A DNA stretch of 64,000 nucleotides. Source: Candidatus Sulfomarinibacteraceae bacterium. Its GTDB lineage: Bacteria > Acidobacteriota > Thermoanaerobaculia > Thermoanaerobaculales > Sulfomarinibacteraceae. Below, one piece after another: positions 50,949 through 61,238 of this stretch. The notes below the pieces were generated by a model. That model ran no database searches. It had not been told where the DNA came from and was given only the letters and a program-made list of their open reading frames with translations. The stretch is taken from assembly GCA_963796455.1 (NCBI GenBank), contig CAWCLO010000001.1:544001-608000 (forward strand). The letters run 5' to 3'. Position numbers and translations under genes: made by a program. Numbering within the stretch: position 1 is the first letter of the stretch; each line of letters opens with the position of its first letter.

Positions 50949-52177
50949 TAAGTGATGATCAGAACCGTTACAAAAAGAATAAGGAGGAAGGGCATGGCGG
51001 CCCGGTAGAGCGTCACGATCGGCCGGTCGAAACGATAGCTCGCGATGAAAAGGTTCATCCCGACAGGAGGCGTGCAGTAGCCGATCTGCATGTTGGCGAG
51101 GAAGATCATCCCCAGGTGAATCGGATCAACACCATAACCGGCAGCGATCGGAAGGATCAGGGGAACCACGAGGACGAGGGCTGAGAAAATATCGAGCATC
51201 ATCCCGAGTGCGAGCAGAAAAACATTGAGCAGGATGAGAAAACTCAGTTTCGAGGAGACGTGGGTCGTGACGAACTCGAAAAGCCGGGTCGGCACCTCCT
51301 GGTCGATCATCAGATTTGTCGACGCAAGCGACGCTCCGAGAATGATGAGGATCCCGCCCACCAAAACCATCGAATCACGCATCACGCCCGGGATCCGTTT
51401 GAAGGGAATGTCGCGATAGATCAGGACCTCGACAACAAAAACATAGACCACGGTGACCACAGCGGCCTCGGAGACCGCGAAAAATCCACTGTAAACGCCA
51501 CCTAGAACGATGATTGGAAGCGGGATCTCCCAGGCCGACTCCCTCACCGCGGCGACACTTTCCCGCCAATTGAATCGGTGTCGATTGACCCTGTTTCGAA
51601 CGAAGGTGCCCTCGCGCATGCAATAGAGAGACAGCAGCAACAACATGAACAAACCGGGTAGAATCCCCGCGACAAAAAGATCATCCACCGACTGCTCGGC
51701 AATGATGGCGTAGAGGATCAACGGCAGCGACGGCGCGAAGAGGAGGCCCAGGCTTCCAGAAGTCGTAATCAAACCGAGATTGAACCGTTCGCGATAGCCC
51801 GCCTCGGCGATCGCCGGGTAGAGCAGGGCTCCCATGGCGATGATCGTCACCCCGGACGCACCGGTGAATGCGGTAAAGAGCGCACAGACGAAAAGGGCGA
51901 CAACGGCGAGTCCTCCCGGCATCCATCCGAGGAGGACGTTGGTGACCCGGACCAGCCGTTTCGGGGCCTGGCTTTCGCCGAGCAGGTATCCGGCAAAGGT
52001 GAAGAGCGGGATGGCGATCAGGACCGGAATCTCGGAGACCCGAAAGAACTCCATGGGCACGATCATGAGATCGATGTCGGCCCGCGCAAAACCGATCAAG
52101 GCGCTCGCGGCGATGATCGCAAACAAGGGGGCGCCGAGAATCGCGAGCAGAATCAATGCGATGCCGATGAGGATCAA
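50915..52177 (-). CDS. dctM: TRAP transporter large permease
   Basis: LIAIPLFTFAG, FTGASG, SGSLGLLFAPSLP, TPPVGMNLF. TTG start overlaps the dctQ stop. Confidence 0.93.
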   Translation of the reverse strand: MILIGIALILLAILGAPLFAIIAASALIGFARADIDLMIVPMEFFRVSEIPVLIAIPLFTFAGYLLGESQAPKRLVRVTNVLLGWMPGGLAVVALFVCALFTAFTGASGVTIIAMGALLYPAIAEAGYRERFNLGLITTSGSLGLLFAPSLPLILYAIIAEQSVDDLFVAGILPGLFMLLLLSLYCMREGTFVRNRVNRHRFNWRESVAAVRESAWEIPLPIIVLGGVYSGFFAVSEAAVVTVVYVFVVEVLIYRDIPFKRIPGVMRDSMVLVGGILIILGASLASTNLMIDQEVPTRLFEFVTTHVSSKLSFLILLNVFLLALGMMLDIFSALVLVVPLILPIAAGYGVDPIHLGMIFLANMQIGYCTPPVGMNLFIASYRFDRPIVTLYRAAMPFLLILFVTVLIITYWPWLSLVLVR

Positions 52178-52692
52178 AACAACTCCTCCTCGGCAATGCC
52201 CTGTCTGAGATGTTTGACGGCGTAGAGCAGGTAGCGCAGCGCGATGACCGCAAAACCGACCGGCAGAACCGCCTCGCAGACCCAGACCGGAGCAAACCCG
52301 ATCGACATGCCGCCAGCCGCTCGATCTTCCATCATCAGCCGATAGGCGCTCCACGCAACCACTGAAGACACAACGGCTGTGAAGAGATCCGTCACGACCC
52401 GGAGGCGGGCTTTCCATTGTTCCGGAAGGAACCGCGAGAGCGCATCGACGGAGATCTGTTTGTCATGGCGGGTCGCCACCATCGCACCGATCATTCCAAT
52501 CCACAAAACCGAAACCCGCAGCAGCGGGTCGGCCCACAACAAGGCACCATCGAAAAGATTGCGGAGAATAATCTGTGTCCCGGCCACCACGACCATGGAG
52601 GTCAGGAGCAGCACGAGCAAGGCGTCTTCGAAGACAGCGATCGCCCACAGGAGTCGAGCGACAGACGACTTGGATTCGGTCTCTGTTGTCAC
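52174..52692 (-). CDS. dctQ: TRAP transporter small permease
   Basis: Four TM helices; QIILRN, WADPLLR, LWIGMIGA. Confidence 0.9.
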   Translation of the reverse strand: MTTETESKSSVARLLWAIAVFEDALLVLLLTSMVVVAGTQIILRNLFDGALLWADPLLRVSVLWIGMIGAMVATRHDKQISVDALSRFLPEQWKARLRVVTDLFTAVVSSVVAWSAYRLMMEDRAAGGMSIGFAPVWVCEAVLPVGFAVIALRYLLYAVKHLRQGIAEEELF

Positions 52693-53705
52693 TCGTCGGT
52701 GGCCCGTTCCCGAGCACGGTAGGCCCCGAGGATCTCGTCGATCTCGGACAGCACACGCTCGTCATATTTGCGGAAATCCACCAGGATCTTTGTCGCCTCG
52801 GCGGCGATGACGGTCCATTGCGCTCGCGCCTCATCGGTCGGATCGACAAAGGTCACGCCCTGGGCCGTCAACGCGGCGCGGGCTTCCTGATTGTCCACCC
52901 GGGTGCGCTTGTCGAGCCTGGCGTTGGATTCGAGCAGCACTTCACGCATGATCGCCTGATCACCGGGGCTCAGCTTGTCAAAGGACTTTTTGGTGACTGC
53001 AAGGGCTCCATAGACGTAGGTGATCGGCAGGTCTGTGACGTAGGGCGCCTTGGTAAACCACTGCAGCGCGATCGCCCCGACCGGCGGAGCTGCGATGGTA
53101 TCGATCAGACCGGTCTGCAAACCGGTCAGAACATCCGATATCGGAAGTGGAACCGGCGATAATCCGGCCGCCTCGACAATTGCCAGGGAGACGGGATCAC
53201 CCTGTGGAATCCACGCCTTGCGGCCCTTCAGGTCTTCAAAATTTCGCGTCGGTTCGGCCGACATGAGGTAGGTAAACCCGGTTTCGGTCAGCCCGAATGC
53301 GATGTAGCCGGCCTCTTCGAGACCGTCGATCAGATTCTGATCCATCCGTTGACGAACGTGATCCACCTCGTCATATGATTGGAAGAGCAGTGGAATGTTG
53401 TAGACCTCGACCTCCGGATCCGCATCGGCAAGACCACCCGAAAGAAAGACCCCGCCCTGGAGCTGGCCGATTCTCATCTTGCGGATGATCGCCAGATCCG
53501 AGCCCATGGTCCCACCGGGATAAAACCGCAGACTGACCCGACCCTCGGTCCGTTCGTTCAACTCATCGGCCGATCTTTTGAACTCGTTCATCCAGTACGA
53601 ACCGTCCGGCGCCATGGTGGCGATCTTGAAGCGGTGATTCTGTGCTCCGGCCGGGACCGCCGCAATCGTCAGGACGGCAAGAAAGAAGATCATCCTTCGG
53701 TACAT
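52689..53705 (-). CDS. dctP: TRAP transporter substrate-binding protein
   Basis: KIATMAPDGS, YPGGTMG, GLQTGLID. Confidence 0.92.
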   Translation of the reverse strand: MYRRMIFFLAVLTIAAVPAGAQNHRFKIATMAPDGSYWMNEFKRSADELNERTEGRVSLRFYPGGTMGSDLAIIRKMRIGQLQGGVFLSGGLADADPEVEVYNIPLLFQSYDEVDHVRQRMDQNLIDGLEEAGYIAFGLTETGFTYLMSAEPTRNFEDLKGRKAWIPQGDPVSLAIVEAAGLSPVPLPISDVLTGLQTGLIDTIAAPPVGAIALQWFTKAPYVTDLPITYVYGALAVTKKSFDKLSPGDQAIMREVLLESNARLDKRTRVDNQEARAALTAQGVTFVDPTDEARAQWTVIAAEATKILVDFRKYDERVLSEIDEILGAYRARERATDE

Positions 53706-53706
53706 T

Positions 53707-54588
53707 TCAGTCTCCAAAATAGTCTTCGGAATCGGCCAGCAGCCTGCCCGCCTCTTCCTGTGCAATCGTATTGATCAAAGTGAGGCCCGGGGACACCGGG
53801 TCCGCCTCGATGACCTCGCGGCAGAGCCGGTCGTGAAGATCACGATCAAAGATCAATCGAGCGTATGAATCTGCCAGCAGGACCTTGGCCATCAAATTGC
53901 GACCATCCGAGAGCTCGATAACACGCTCGAAGCTCTCCCTGCCCTTCTCCGGTTGGCCACCCATTGCTTCGGGGAGGATTGTCGCGAGGATCCCGAGATA
54001 GAGGTGGGCGGCTCCGTCGTCATACTCCGGATCGAGGGCGACTACCCGCTGCATGACGGCATCGACCCGGGCCTTGTCGCCGATCGCTTTCCAATCCGCC
54101 CTGTTGGCCTGGACCCACGTCGCCCAGGCGGCACCGGCGCCGAACAGAACCCCTACGTTTTTCGCTTTCCAGCCGTCAATCACAGTTTCGAAATCAGCAT
54201 AGGGAGCACTCCAGCTATCGCAAGCCGAAGTATTGGTTCGACACATCGCCCTCCAACCGTAGTCACGACCCTTGACGGCAAGCTTCGAGGCACGGTCGTT
54301 ATCGTTGACAAAGGCACCGGCATAGCTCGAGTAGAGTTGGGCCCCTGCCAGCAGCAGACTGACATTCTCCGGGTCGTCCGCAATCAAACCGTCGATCAGA
54401 AGCAGATAGGCCGGTGCTCCCTGGCGAACGGTTTCAGGATCGTTTTGATCGAGCACCGCCGTCGTCAGGCTGTCGGCAAGACCGCTGGTCGCCGATGACA
54501 TGATGGAAGAACATCCCATAGACAGTGACGCCATGGCCACCGCGGCCAGGGGAAGGAAGAATCTCTGTCGTCGTCTCTGGTCAATCAT
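53707..54588 (-). CDS. TRAP transporter TatT (T) component lipoprotein
   Basis: Lipobox SMGC; DPETVRQGAPAYLLLIDGL, GAAHLYLG..GGQPEK; directly upstream of dctP. Confidence 0.85.
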   Translation of the reverse strand: MIDQRRRQRFFLPLAAVAMASLSMGCSSIMSSATSGLADSLTTAVLDQNDPETVRQGAPAYLLLIDGLIADDPENVSLLLAGAQLYSSYAGAFVNDNDRASKLAVKGRDYGWRAMCRTNTSACDSWSAPYADFETVIDGWKAKNVGVLFGAGAAWATWVQANRADWKAIGDKARVDAVMQRVVALDPEYDDGAAHLYLGILATILPEAMGGQPEKGRESFERVIELSDGRNLMAKVLLADSYARLIFDRDLHDRLCREVIEADPVSPGLTLINTIAQEEAGRLLADSEDYFGD

Positions 54589-54676
54589 ACTTTACAACTC
54601 ACTGATGAAAATACCGATGGGAATGGCTCGCTCAGTATGAGTTGATTGTACGGTATTTTGCGCTCGGGTGAGGTCT

Positions 54677-55312
54677 TTATCGCGTCGATCCGAATCCACC
54701 CCGCAACGGGCCGTCGCTCAGGCCTGAGGAACCATTTGCCGAGACGTTCGTGATCACTGTGGTGCCATTTCCGTCCCTGGTCATTCGCACGGGCACAGCG
54801 CGGTAGGATTTTGCGTAACGGTACGGCCGGCCCGTATACAGGGTCATGATCTTGGAGACATACGAGCGGGTTTCCGCGTAGGGCGGAATGCCGCGATAAC
54901 GGGCCACGGCGCCTTCGCCGGCATTATACGCGGCGAGAGCGAACTGCAGATTACCGGAATAGCGCTCGATCAAACGGGAAAACTCGCGAACGCCGCCCCG
55001 GATATTTTGCTCCGGATCGAAGGGGTCGTTGACACGCAGCCGTTTTGCCGTCTCCGGCATCAGTTGCATCAGACCCATGGCTCCCTTTTTGCTGACGGCC
55101 TTCGGATCGTAGGCGGATTCGACCCTGACCAGAGCGTCCACCAACTTGGGATCCACACCGTGTTCACGACTCACCTGATCGACAAGACTCCGAAGATCGT
55201 TCCGCGTGCCCGAGGCAGAGATCTCCACCGACGGAGCAGCTCCGTGCGCGCCAATCGGCGCCAAGGCGAGCAGGACCCCAAGCCCCACGACACAGGCCAT
55301 TCGTAGACTCAC
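54677..55312 (-). CDS. SLT-domain lytic transglycosylase
   Basis: VES, GAMGLMQLMP, ALAAYNAG, PYAETRSYV. Confidence 0.93.
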   Translation of the reverse strand: MSLRMACVVGLGVLLALAPIGAHGAAPSVEISASGTRNDLRSLVDQVSREHGVDPKLVDALVRVESAYDPKAVSKKGAMGLMQLMPETAKRLRVNDPFDPEQNIRGGVREFSRLIERYSGNLQFALAAYNAGEGAVARYRGIPPYAETRSYVSKIMTLYTGRPYRYAKSYRAVPVRMTRDGNGTTVITNVSANGSSGLSDGPLRGGFGSTR

Positions 55313-55331
55313 GGTACTATTATGACAGCAT

Positions 55332-56762
55332 TTGCCGCGAAAGGAGGGTCATTTGCAGGAAAAACCCGTCGAAGTCGATCCTTTCCAACTATTTGCACAC
55401 CGAATGTCGACGGCAGGCCTGAGTCGGCCGGCGATTGATTCCTTCCATTTTCACTTTGACCGACTGCACGAAGGAGACGACGGACTGCTTGCCGAAAAAG
55501 ACATCGACGCGGTTGCGAGTCTTCCCGCCGCCAGCGACCTGGAGGATTGTCGCGAGTCGGGAAAGGCGGCGCTGGAGAGAACCGTAGTCATCAAACTCAA
55601 CGGCGGTCTCGGCACAGGCATGGGGCTCGACGAGGCGAAATCGTTGCTTATGGTTCGCGATGGACTCAGCTTTCTCGATCTGATCGCTCGCCAGGTTCTC
55701 TCGCTCCGCAGCAATTACGGGGCGCAGGTTCCTCTCATTCTGATGAACAGTTTTCGAACCAATGAGCAATCAACAAAAGCCCTCGATCATTATCCAACAT
55801 TGGAGATTGCGGACATCCCCACGGGATTTCTTCAAAACAAGGTTCCCAAGATCCTCGCGAAGGGTCTGCTCCCCGCCGAGAGCCCAGAACGAGGCGATCT
55901 CGAATGGTGCCCGCCCGGACACGGCGATCTCTATACCGCGATCGCCGGTACCGGGTTGTTGCCTCGGTTGATCGACCGCGGCATCGAGTACGCCTTCGTG
56001 TCCAACGCCGACAATCTCGGCGCGGTGGTCGACACCGCCCTCCTCGGATATATGGTCGAAGACCGGATTGATTTCATGCTCGAGGCTGCGGTCCGCACGA
56101 GGGCGGATCGAAAGGGCGGCCACCTGTGTCGCCTCGCCAACGGCCGACTCGCGCTCCGCGAATCCGCGCAATGCCCGCCGGAAGCCCGATCGGCATTTCA
56201 GGACATCGAACGCTACTCGTTTTTCAACAGCAATAATCTGTGGATCCATCTGCCATCCCTGGCGGCGGTCCTCGAAGCAAGCGGGGGCTTCTTGCCACTG
56301 TCGACAATCGTCAACCGGAAGAACCTCGATCCCCGTGACCCCTCATCCCCGGCGGTCCTGCAATTGGAAACGGCCATGGGCTCCGCCATCTCCCTCTTCG
56401 AAAAGGCCACCGCGGTCATCGTCCCGAGGCAACGTTTCTCGCCGGTGAAGAACACCAACGACCTTCTCGCAACCCGCTCGGACGCCTACGATCTCACCGA
56501 AGATTCACGGGTAGTGCTCCACTCCGAGAGGAGTTCACCTCCCGTCATCTCTTTAGATGACCGATATTTCAAGATGATCGACGACTTCGAAACCAGGTTT
56601 CCGAATGGACCGCCATCCCTTCGTCGCTGCGACCTCTTCGAGGTCGAAGGAGACGTGACCTTTGGCGCCGGAGTGGTGGCCGAGGGTGCTGTCACGATTC
56701 GCGCCGACGGCCCGGCCCGGGTGCCCGACGGCACCGTGATCGATCGGGCCGTCGATCTCTAG
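55332..56762 (+). CDS. UTP--glucose-1-phosphate uridylyltransferase, eukaryote-type (UDPGP family)
   Basis: KLNGGLGTGMG..AKS, WCPPGHGD, SNADNLGA, KGG, QLETAMG, RFSPVK. Start may be 55353. Confidence 0.92.
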   Translation: MPRKEGHLQEKPVEVDPFQLFAHRMSTAGLSRPAIDSFHFHFDRLHEGDDGLLAEKDIDAVASLPAASDLEDCRESGKAALERTVVIKLNGGLGTGMGLDEAKSLLMVRDGLSFLDLIARQVLSLRSNYGAQVPLILMNSFRTNEQSTKALDHYPTLEIADIPTGFLQNKVPKILAKGLLPAESPERGDLEWCPPGHGDLYTAIAGTGLLPRLIDRGIEYAFVSNADNLGAVVDTALLGYMVEDRIDFMLEAAVRTRADRKGGHLCRLANGRLALRESAQCPPEARSAFQDIERYSFFNSNNLWIHLPSLAAVLEASGGFLPLSTIVNRKNLDPRDPSSPAVLQLETAMGSAISLFEKATAVIVPRQRFSPVKNTNDLLATRSDAYDLTEDSRVVLHSERSSPPVISLDDRYFKMIDDFETRFPNGPPSLRRCDLFEVEGDVTFGAGVVAEGAVTIRADGPARVPDGTVIDRAVDL

Positions 56763-56871
56763 CCCGTCTCTCAATTTGCCCGAGTGTGATTTGGTGCCGG
56801 TCACTTCATGACGACACGATAGAATCTCCAACACTCGAGAACGCGGAAATCTTGAAAGGAAAAACCAATCG

Positions 56872-58479
56872 ATGACTGACAGCCCACACCCCGAGGCGAA
56901 AAAATCCCCCGGTGAAGTCGTCCGCGACGCGTTTCTGGAACTCGGCTCGACCCTGGTGGCATTCATCAAGGCGCCAAAGGCCCTGTGGGGCGTCAACATC
57001 CCCTATGTGGTCGAAGGACTCGTCTACTTCGGCATCCTGACCATCCTCGGCAAGTTCTGTTCAGAAAATGTCGGGCTCAGCGACCTGCAGGCGGGATGGG
57101 TCTATTCATTGGTCACCGCCGGCATCACCTTCGCCATGCTCTTCCTCGGCGGGGTGAGCGACAAGATCGGCATTCCACGAACACTCGCCCTCTCATTTGT
57201 GTTATTTGTTGTCGGACGCGGGCTGATCGCATTTTCTGGCACTGTCGATCTCGGACAGGGGCTGGCATCGCCAATGTTCATGACCCTGGCCCTGGGTCTT
57301 CTGATCATGGTGGTGGCCTACGGTCTGTACCAACCCGCCGCCTATGCCGGAGTCAAGCGCTACACCAACCCGAAAACCGCCGCCATGGCCTACGCGGTGG
57401 TCTATGGATTGATGAACCTGGGCGCATTTTTCTCAGGTTTTGTCTCACCTCTGGTCCGCCACCGATTCGTCGGTGTTTTTCCACCCAATGGTCTGACCGC
57501 GGTCTTCTGGACCTACACCTTCCTGTGCGTCATCGCGCTCGTACTCACCCTGCTCATTTTGACGCGCAAGACGGACGCGGCGGCAGTCGAGCGTGTCGCC
57601 CGCGAAACGGCTGAACTCAGCGCTGGGGACGGCTTGTCGGAAAACACGAAGCAAGAAGAACAAGAGCTCATTGAAACGACCCCGAAGACCGACAACCGGC
57701 GTTTCATCGTCTTATTCTCCCTCGCCGTGATCGCGATCGGCGCCGCAGCGGCAGCCGCTACGGGACGCCTGAACATCGCGCCCTGGATCACCTTCGTTGC
57801 CGCCGCAGGCCTCGCCGCCCTCGCGGTTTTTGAATACCTCAGGGCCCGGCCTGATCACCCCTTCCGCGACGGTCGATTCACCTTCTTCATCTTCATCTTG
57901 ATACCGGTGCAGACCTTGTTCGCCCATACCTGGCTGACCGTTCCCTACTATCTCGACCGCGCCTTTCGCGGCTCGATGGTCAGCGACTATTTCGAGTTCT
58001 TTTCGAACATCAACCCGATTCTGATCTTTGTTCTGGCGCCGATCGTTGCCGGTCTGACGGCCCGCGCCAACATCTACACGATGATGATCATCGGCACGCT
58101 CGTCATGGCGCTGCCCACCTTCCTGCTCGTGATCGGCCCTCATCTTGTTCCGTTTCTTGCCTACATCGTGTTGATGTCGATCGGCGAAGCAATGTGGCAA
58201 CCGCGTTTCCTGCAATGGATTGCCGAGGTCGCACCCCCCGGCAAGACGGGGCTTTATATGGGGATCGGCCAGTTCCCATGGTTTCTCACCAAGTTTCTGA
58301 CCGGTCTCTACTCGGGCTATTTCGTGGCGACCTATGTTCCACGGCCTGAGTCGGGGCTGCCGATCAATTCAGAGTTCATGTGGCTGATCTACGGTTTGAT
58401 CGCCATGATTTCGCCGGTGGCACTGATCCTCACCCGAAAATGGATGATGGCGGGGATGAAGGAAAAGCACGAAGGTTGA
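56872..58479 (+). CDS. MFS transporter (POT/peptide-like)
   Basis: GGVSDKIG, MNLGAF, MSIGEAMWQPR; many TM helices. Confidence 0.85.
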   Translation: MTDSPHPEAKKSPGEVVRDAFLELGSTLVAFIKAPKALWGVNIPYVVEGLVYFGILTILGKFCSENVGLSDLQAGWVYSLVTAGITFAMLFLGGVSDKIGIPRTLALSFVLFVVGRGLIAFSGTVDLGQGLASPMFMTLALGLLIMVVAYGLYQPAAYAGVKRYTNPKTAAMAYAVVYGLMNLGAFFSGFVSPLVRHRFVGVFPPNGLTAVFWTYTFLCVIALVLTLLILTRKTDAAAVERVARETAELSAGDGLSENTKQEEQELIETTPKTDNRRFIVLFSLAVIAIGAAAAAATGRLNIAPWITFVAAAGLAALAVFEYLRARPDHPFRDGRFTFFIFILIPVQTLFAHTWLTVPYYLDRAFRGSMVSDYFEFFSNINPILIFVLAPIVAGLTARANIYTMMIIGTLVMALPTFLLVIGPHLVPFLAYIVLMSIGEAMWQPRFLQWIAEVAPPGKTGLYMGIGQFPWFLTKFLTGLYSGYFVATYVPRPESGLPINSEFMWLIYGLIAMISPVALILTRKWMMAGMKEKHEG

Positions 58480-58504
58480 CACGAAGGGCGACGATTGTTA
58501 GATT
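58476..58504 (+). promoter_or_regulatory. tRNA-Gly promoter
   Basis: TTGACA-17 bp-TAGATT. Confidence 0.7.
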
Positions 58505-58527
58505 GTCGCTCCCTTCGGGGACGTTGA

Positions 58528-58602
<75 letters not shown>

Positions 58603-58684
58603 TAAAACTCATTTGAAGCCCGGCTCACCGCCGGGCCTTTTCTTTGCCGGTGCGAGCGGATTGACCCGTCGTCGGGGGGCAATC

Positions 58685-58713
58685 TTGACCGTCGCCGAGG
58701 CGTGGACTAAACT
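58685..58713 (+). promoter_or_regulatory. tRNA-Cys promoter
   Basis: TTGACC-17 bp-TAAACT. Confidence 0.7.
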
Positions 58714-58725
58714 ACCGGCCCTGAA

Positions 58726-58800
58726 GGCGACGTGGCCAAGTGGTAAGGCAGGGGCCTGCAAAGCCCTTATCCCCCGGTTCGAATCCGGGCGTCGCCTCCA
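58726..58800 (+). tRNA. tRNA-Cys(GCA)
   Basis: GGCGACG/CGTCGCC acceptor stem, CTGCAAA anticodon loop, TTCGAAT T-loop, CCA end. Confidence 0.98.
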
Positions 58801-58818
58801 ATTCAATCCCCAATACAA

Positions 58819-58892
58819 GATGCTCGTTGCTCGATGCTGGATGCTGGATGCTGGATGCTGGATAAGTTTTGTCCGAGACAGTGTCTCGGACA
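58819..58892. repeat. (GATGCTG)n heptamer tract followed by a perfect 11-bp inverted repeat
   Basis: Six units at 58819-58860; TGTCCGAGACA-G-TGTCTCGGACA at 58870-58892. Confidence 0.85.
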
Positions 58893-59600
58893 GCGTTCAG
58901 GGACAGCAACGGCGGCAGCGGCAGCAAACAGTAGTCAGCGGCAGCATTCAGTCATCAGCGACAGCAAACGGCCCTCATATTCTCGGGTTCAATAGCCGCC
59001 AGGTCATCGCACGGACATGATCGAAGGCCTTCATTGCTTCACTGGCTCCGTCCCGGCTGATCGCACCGGCGTGGGCGAGGAGTTCCAAGTGGCTGTCGAC
59101 CTCTTTCGCCGAGGCGTAGGCGATTCTCCAGTGGTTCGACCGGTCTCTACCGACTCGGCCGTGCCCTTCCGCCAAGTTAGCAGGGACAGAACTTGCCGAC
59201 CGGATCACCTGATCGGCTATGGACTTCAGAGGAGCTGGAACCCTCATCACGAGTTTGATAGCGATTCCTGCTGCTTCCAGGGCTTTCGAGTGGGCAACGA
59301 GGTTGGTGTTCGTGGCGGCGTTGGACATGGTCACCTCCGGGTCGTTCATGCCCCATACCCACCAGCCGGTGTGGTGGCCGATGTCAAGGATGCCCCGCAC
59401 CCTGCCTGTCCTTGACATCGGCCGCCCACCGGCTACCCCTTCCTTGGAACGACCCGGAGGTGGCCACTTCGCCGACTGGAATCCTGATCGCTGCCGCTGG
59501 ATACTGACCGCTGGCCCTGTTCGCTGTTGCCTGTCGCTGTCGCTGGACGCTGCCGCTGCAATACGGGCACGGACGCGGACTCGGCGTAACGGCGAACCGG
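58890..59600 (-). mobile_element. repeated four-helix-bundle cassette, copy 3 (boundaries approximate)
   Basis: Same architecture as copies 1 and 2; leader hairpin at 59329-59465. Confidence 0.6.
58975..59328 (-). CDS. four helix bundle protein, copy 3, 117 aa
   Basis: Same signature and length as copies 1 and 2. Confidence 0.9.
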   Translation of the reverse strand: MSNAATNTNLVAHSKALEAAGIAIKLVMRVPAPLKSIADQVIRSASSVPANLAEGHGRVGRDRSNHWRIAYASAKEVDSHLELLAHAGAISRDGASEAMKAFDHVRAMTWRLLNPRI

Positions 59601-59604
59601 AAAT

Positions 59605-59636
59605 AAAAAAACCCGGCGCCGCAGCGCCGGGTTTTT
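59605..59636. terminator. bidirectional intrinsic terminator
   Basis: A7-CCCGGCGC-CGCA-GCGCCGGG-T5. Confidence 0.88.
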
Positions 59637-59651
59637 GCTGATTGCAATCAA

Positions 59652-61166
59652 CTATTCCTCTTTTTTCTTTGCCGGTGCCTTCTTCTTTGCCGGCGCCTTT
59701 TTCTTCTTAGCTGGCGTCTCTTTCTTCTTTGCCGGCGCCTTTTTCTTTTTTGCCGGCGCCTTTTTCTTGGTCGTGCCGAGGGCCGCCTGGAGCTGAGCGC
59801 CGAAACCGGTCAGACCGGGTTCCGAGCCACCCTGGGTATCCATATGTTTCAGATACTCCTGCCGCTCCTTGTCCTTGACGAGGGCGTTCACCGACAGGCT
59901 GATACGCCGCCGCTCCGGATCCAGCGTCATCAACATGACCTGGATCTTTTCACCGGGCTTGAAGACGGTCCGCGGATCGATGTCCTTCTCCATCCCCAAC
60001 TCGGAGATCGGAATCAAGCCACTGAGACCCGGCTCCAACTCGACAAAGACACCGAAATCGGCACCGTTTTCGACAGTCCCTTCGACCGGCGACCCTTCGC
60101 GATACCTCATGGTGATGTTTTCCCACGGATCACGGTCGGGCACCTGGCGCATCGTCAGGCTGATGCGGCGGTTTTCGAGATCGATCTCGCGAACCCAACC
60201 GTGCACGGCCTGGTCCATTTCGAGCGTGTTGAGTTCGAGGCCCGGCTTCAACTGGCTGACGTGCAGGAGCCCGTCGATTCCCTGTTCGAGCTCTACAAAG
60301 GCACCAAAATCGGCCTTGCGGACGATCTTGCCGTCAAAGGAACTGCCTACCGGATAGCGCTCTTCGACCGCGCTCCAGGGATCATCCTGCAGAGCTTTCA
60401 TGCTGAGCGAGATCCGGTCCTTTTCGCGATCGAGCTCGAGAACCTTGACTCGGATCTCATCACCCTCGCCGAGAACGTCGCGGGGATGGCCGATCCGGTG
60501 GTGAGCGATTTCAGTTACATGGACCAGGCCGTCAACGCCACCAAGGTCAACGAATGCCCCGAAATCGGTCAGCGAGCGAACCCGGCCCTCAATTTCGCTC
60601 CCCGCCTCGAGTGTCGCCCAGGCCTCTGCCCGGAGTTTTTCTTTCTCCACACGAAGAAGCGCCGCACGAGAAACCACCAGGCGCTGTCCATCGGCTTCGT
60701 ATTCGAGCACTTTGAATGTGTAAGTCTGGCCGAGAAAGCTATCGACGTCATCGGTCCTCAGATCGGAAATATGGGACAGAGGGCAGAATCCGCGAACACC
60801 GGAAACGGTCACGTCGAAGCCGCCCTTCCGTCGTCCCATGACCTTTCCCTCGACCGGCTCGCCGGATTTGGCGGCGGCCTCGAGCTTTTCCTTGAGCTTG
60901 GCCTCGAGAGCCATTCTTCGCGAAACCCGAATCTCTTCTCCCGCCGAAATGACGACAACTTCAACCGGATCTCCGGTTCCGAGGTCGTCGAGTTCCGAAC
61001 GGTCGAGAACAGCTTCCGATTTTCCCGACACATCCACCAGCGCGACGTCCCCTTTGATGACAACAATGGTGCCCTCGATGACGTCTCCCGGTTTCAGGTC
61101 CTCTGCTTCGAAACTCTCGCGCAGAGCGAGTTCAAATTCGTTGGCGGTGTTTGATTCCTCGGTCAT
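59652..61166 (-). CDS. ribosomal protein S1-like protein (five S1 domains) with basic KKKAPA tail
   Basis: Repeated (D)FGAFV(D/E)L..G(I/V)DGL(L/V)H motifs; start MTEESNT at 61166. Confidence 0.88.
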   Translation of the reverse strand: MTEESNTANEFELALRESFEAEDLKPGDVIEGTIVVIKGDVALVDVSGKSEAVLDRSELDDLGTGDPVEVVVISAGEEIRVSRRMALEAKLKEKLEAAAKSGEPVEGKVMGRRKGGFDVTVSGVRGFCPLSHISDLRTDDVDSFLGQTYTFKVLEYEADGQRLVVSRAALLRVEKEKLRAEAWATLEAGSEIEGRVRSLTDFGAFVDLGGVDGLVHVTEIAHHRIGHPRDVLGEGDEIRVKVLELDREKDRISLSMKALQDDPWSAVEERYPVGSSFDGKIVRKADFGAFVELEQGIDGLLHVSQLKPGLELNTLEMDQAVHGWVREIDLENRRISLTMRQVPDRDPWENITMRYREGSPVEGTVENGADFGVFVELEPGLSGLIPISELGMEKDIDPRTVFKPGEKIQVMLMTLDPERRRISLSVNALVKDKERQEYLKHMDTQGGSEPGLTGFGAQLQAALGTTKKKAPAKKKKAPAKKKETPAKKKKAPAKKKAPAKKKEE

Positions 61167-61238
61167 GGTAGGCCTCACAGTAGAATCCCATGTACGATCC
61201 TCGCACGGGGAGCAGGAGAATAACACAAACGAAATGGT

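Noticed and set aside
58726..59600. tRNA-integrated genomic island or prophage
   Set aside because: No integrase, no duplicated tRNA 3' end, and housekeeping genes resume at once.
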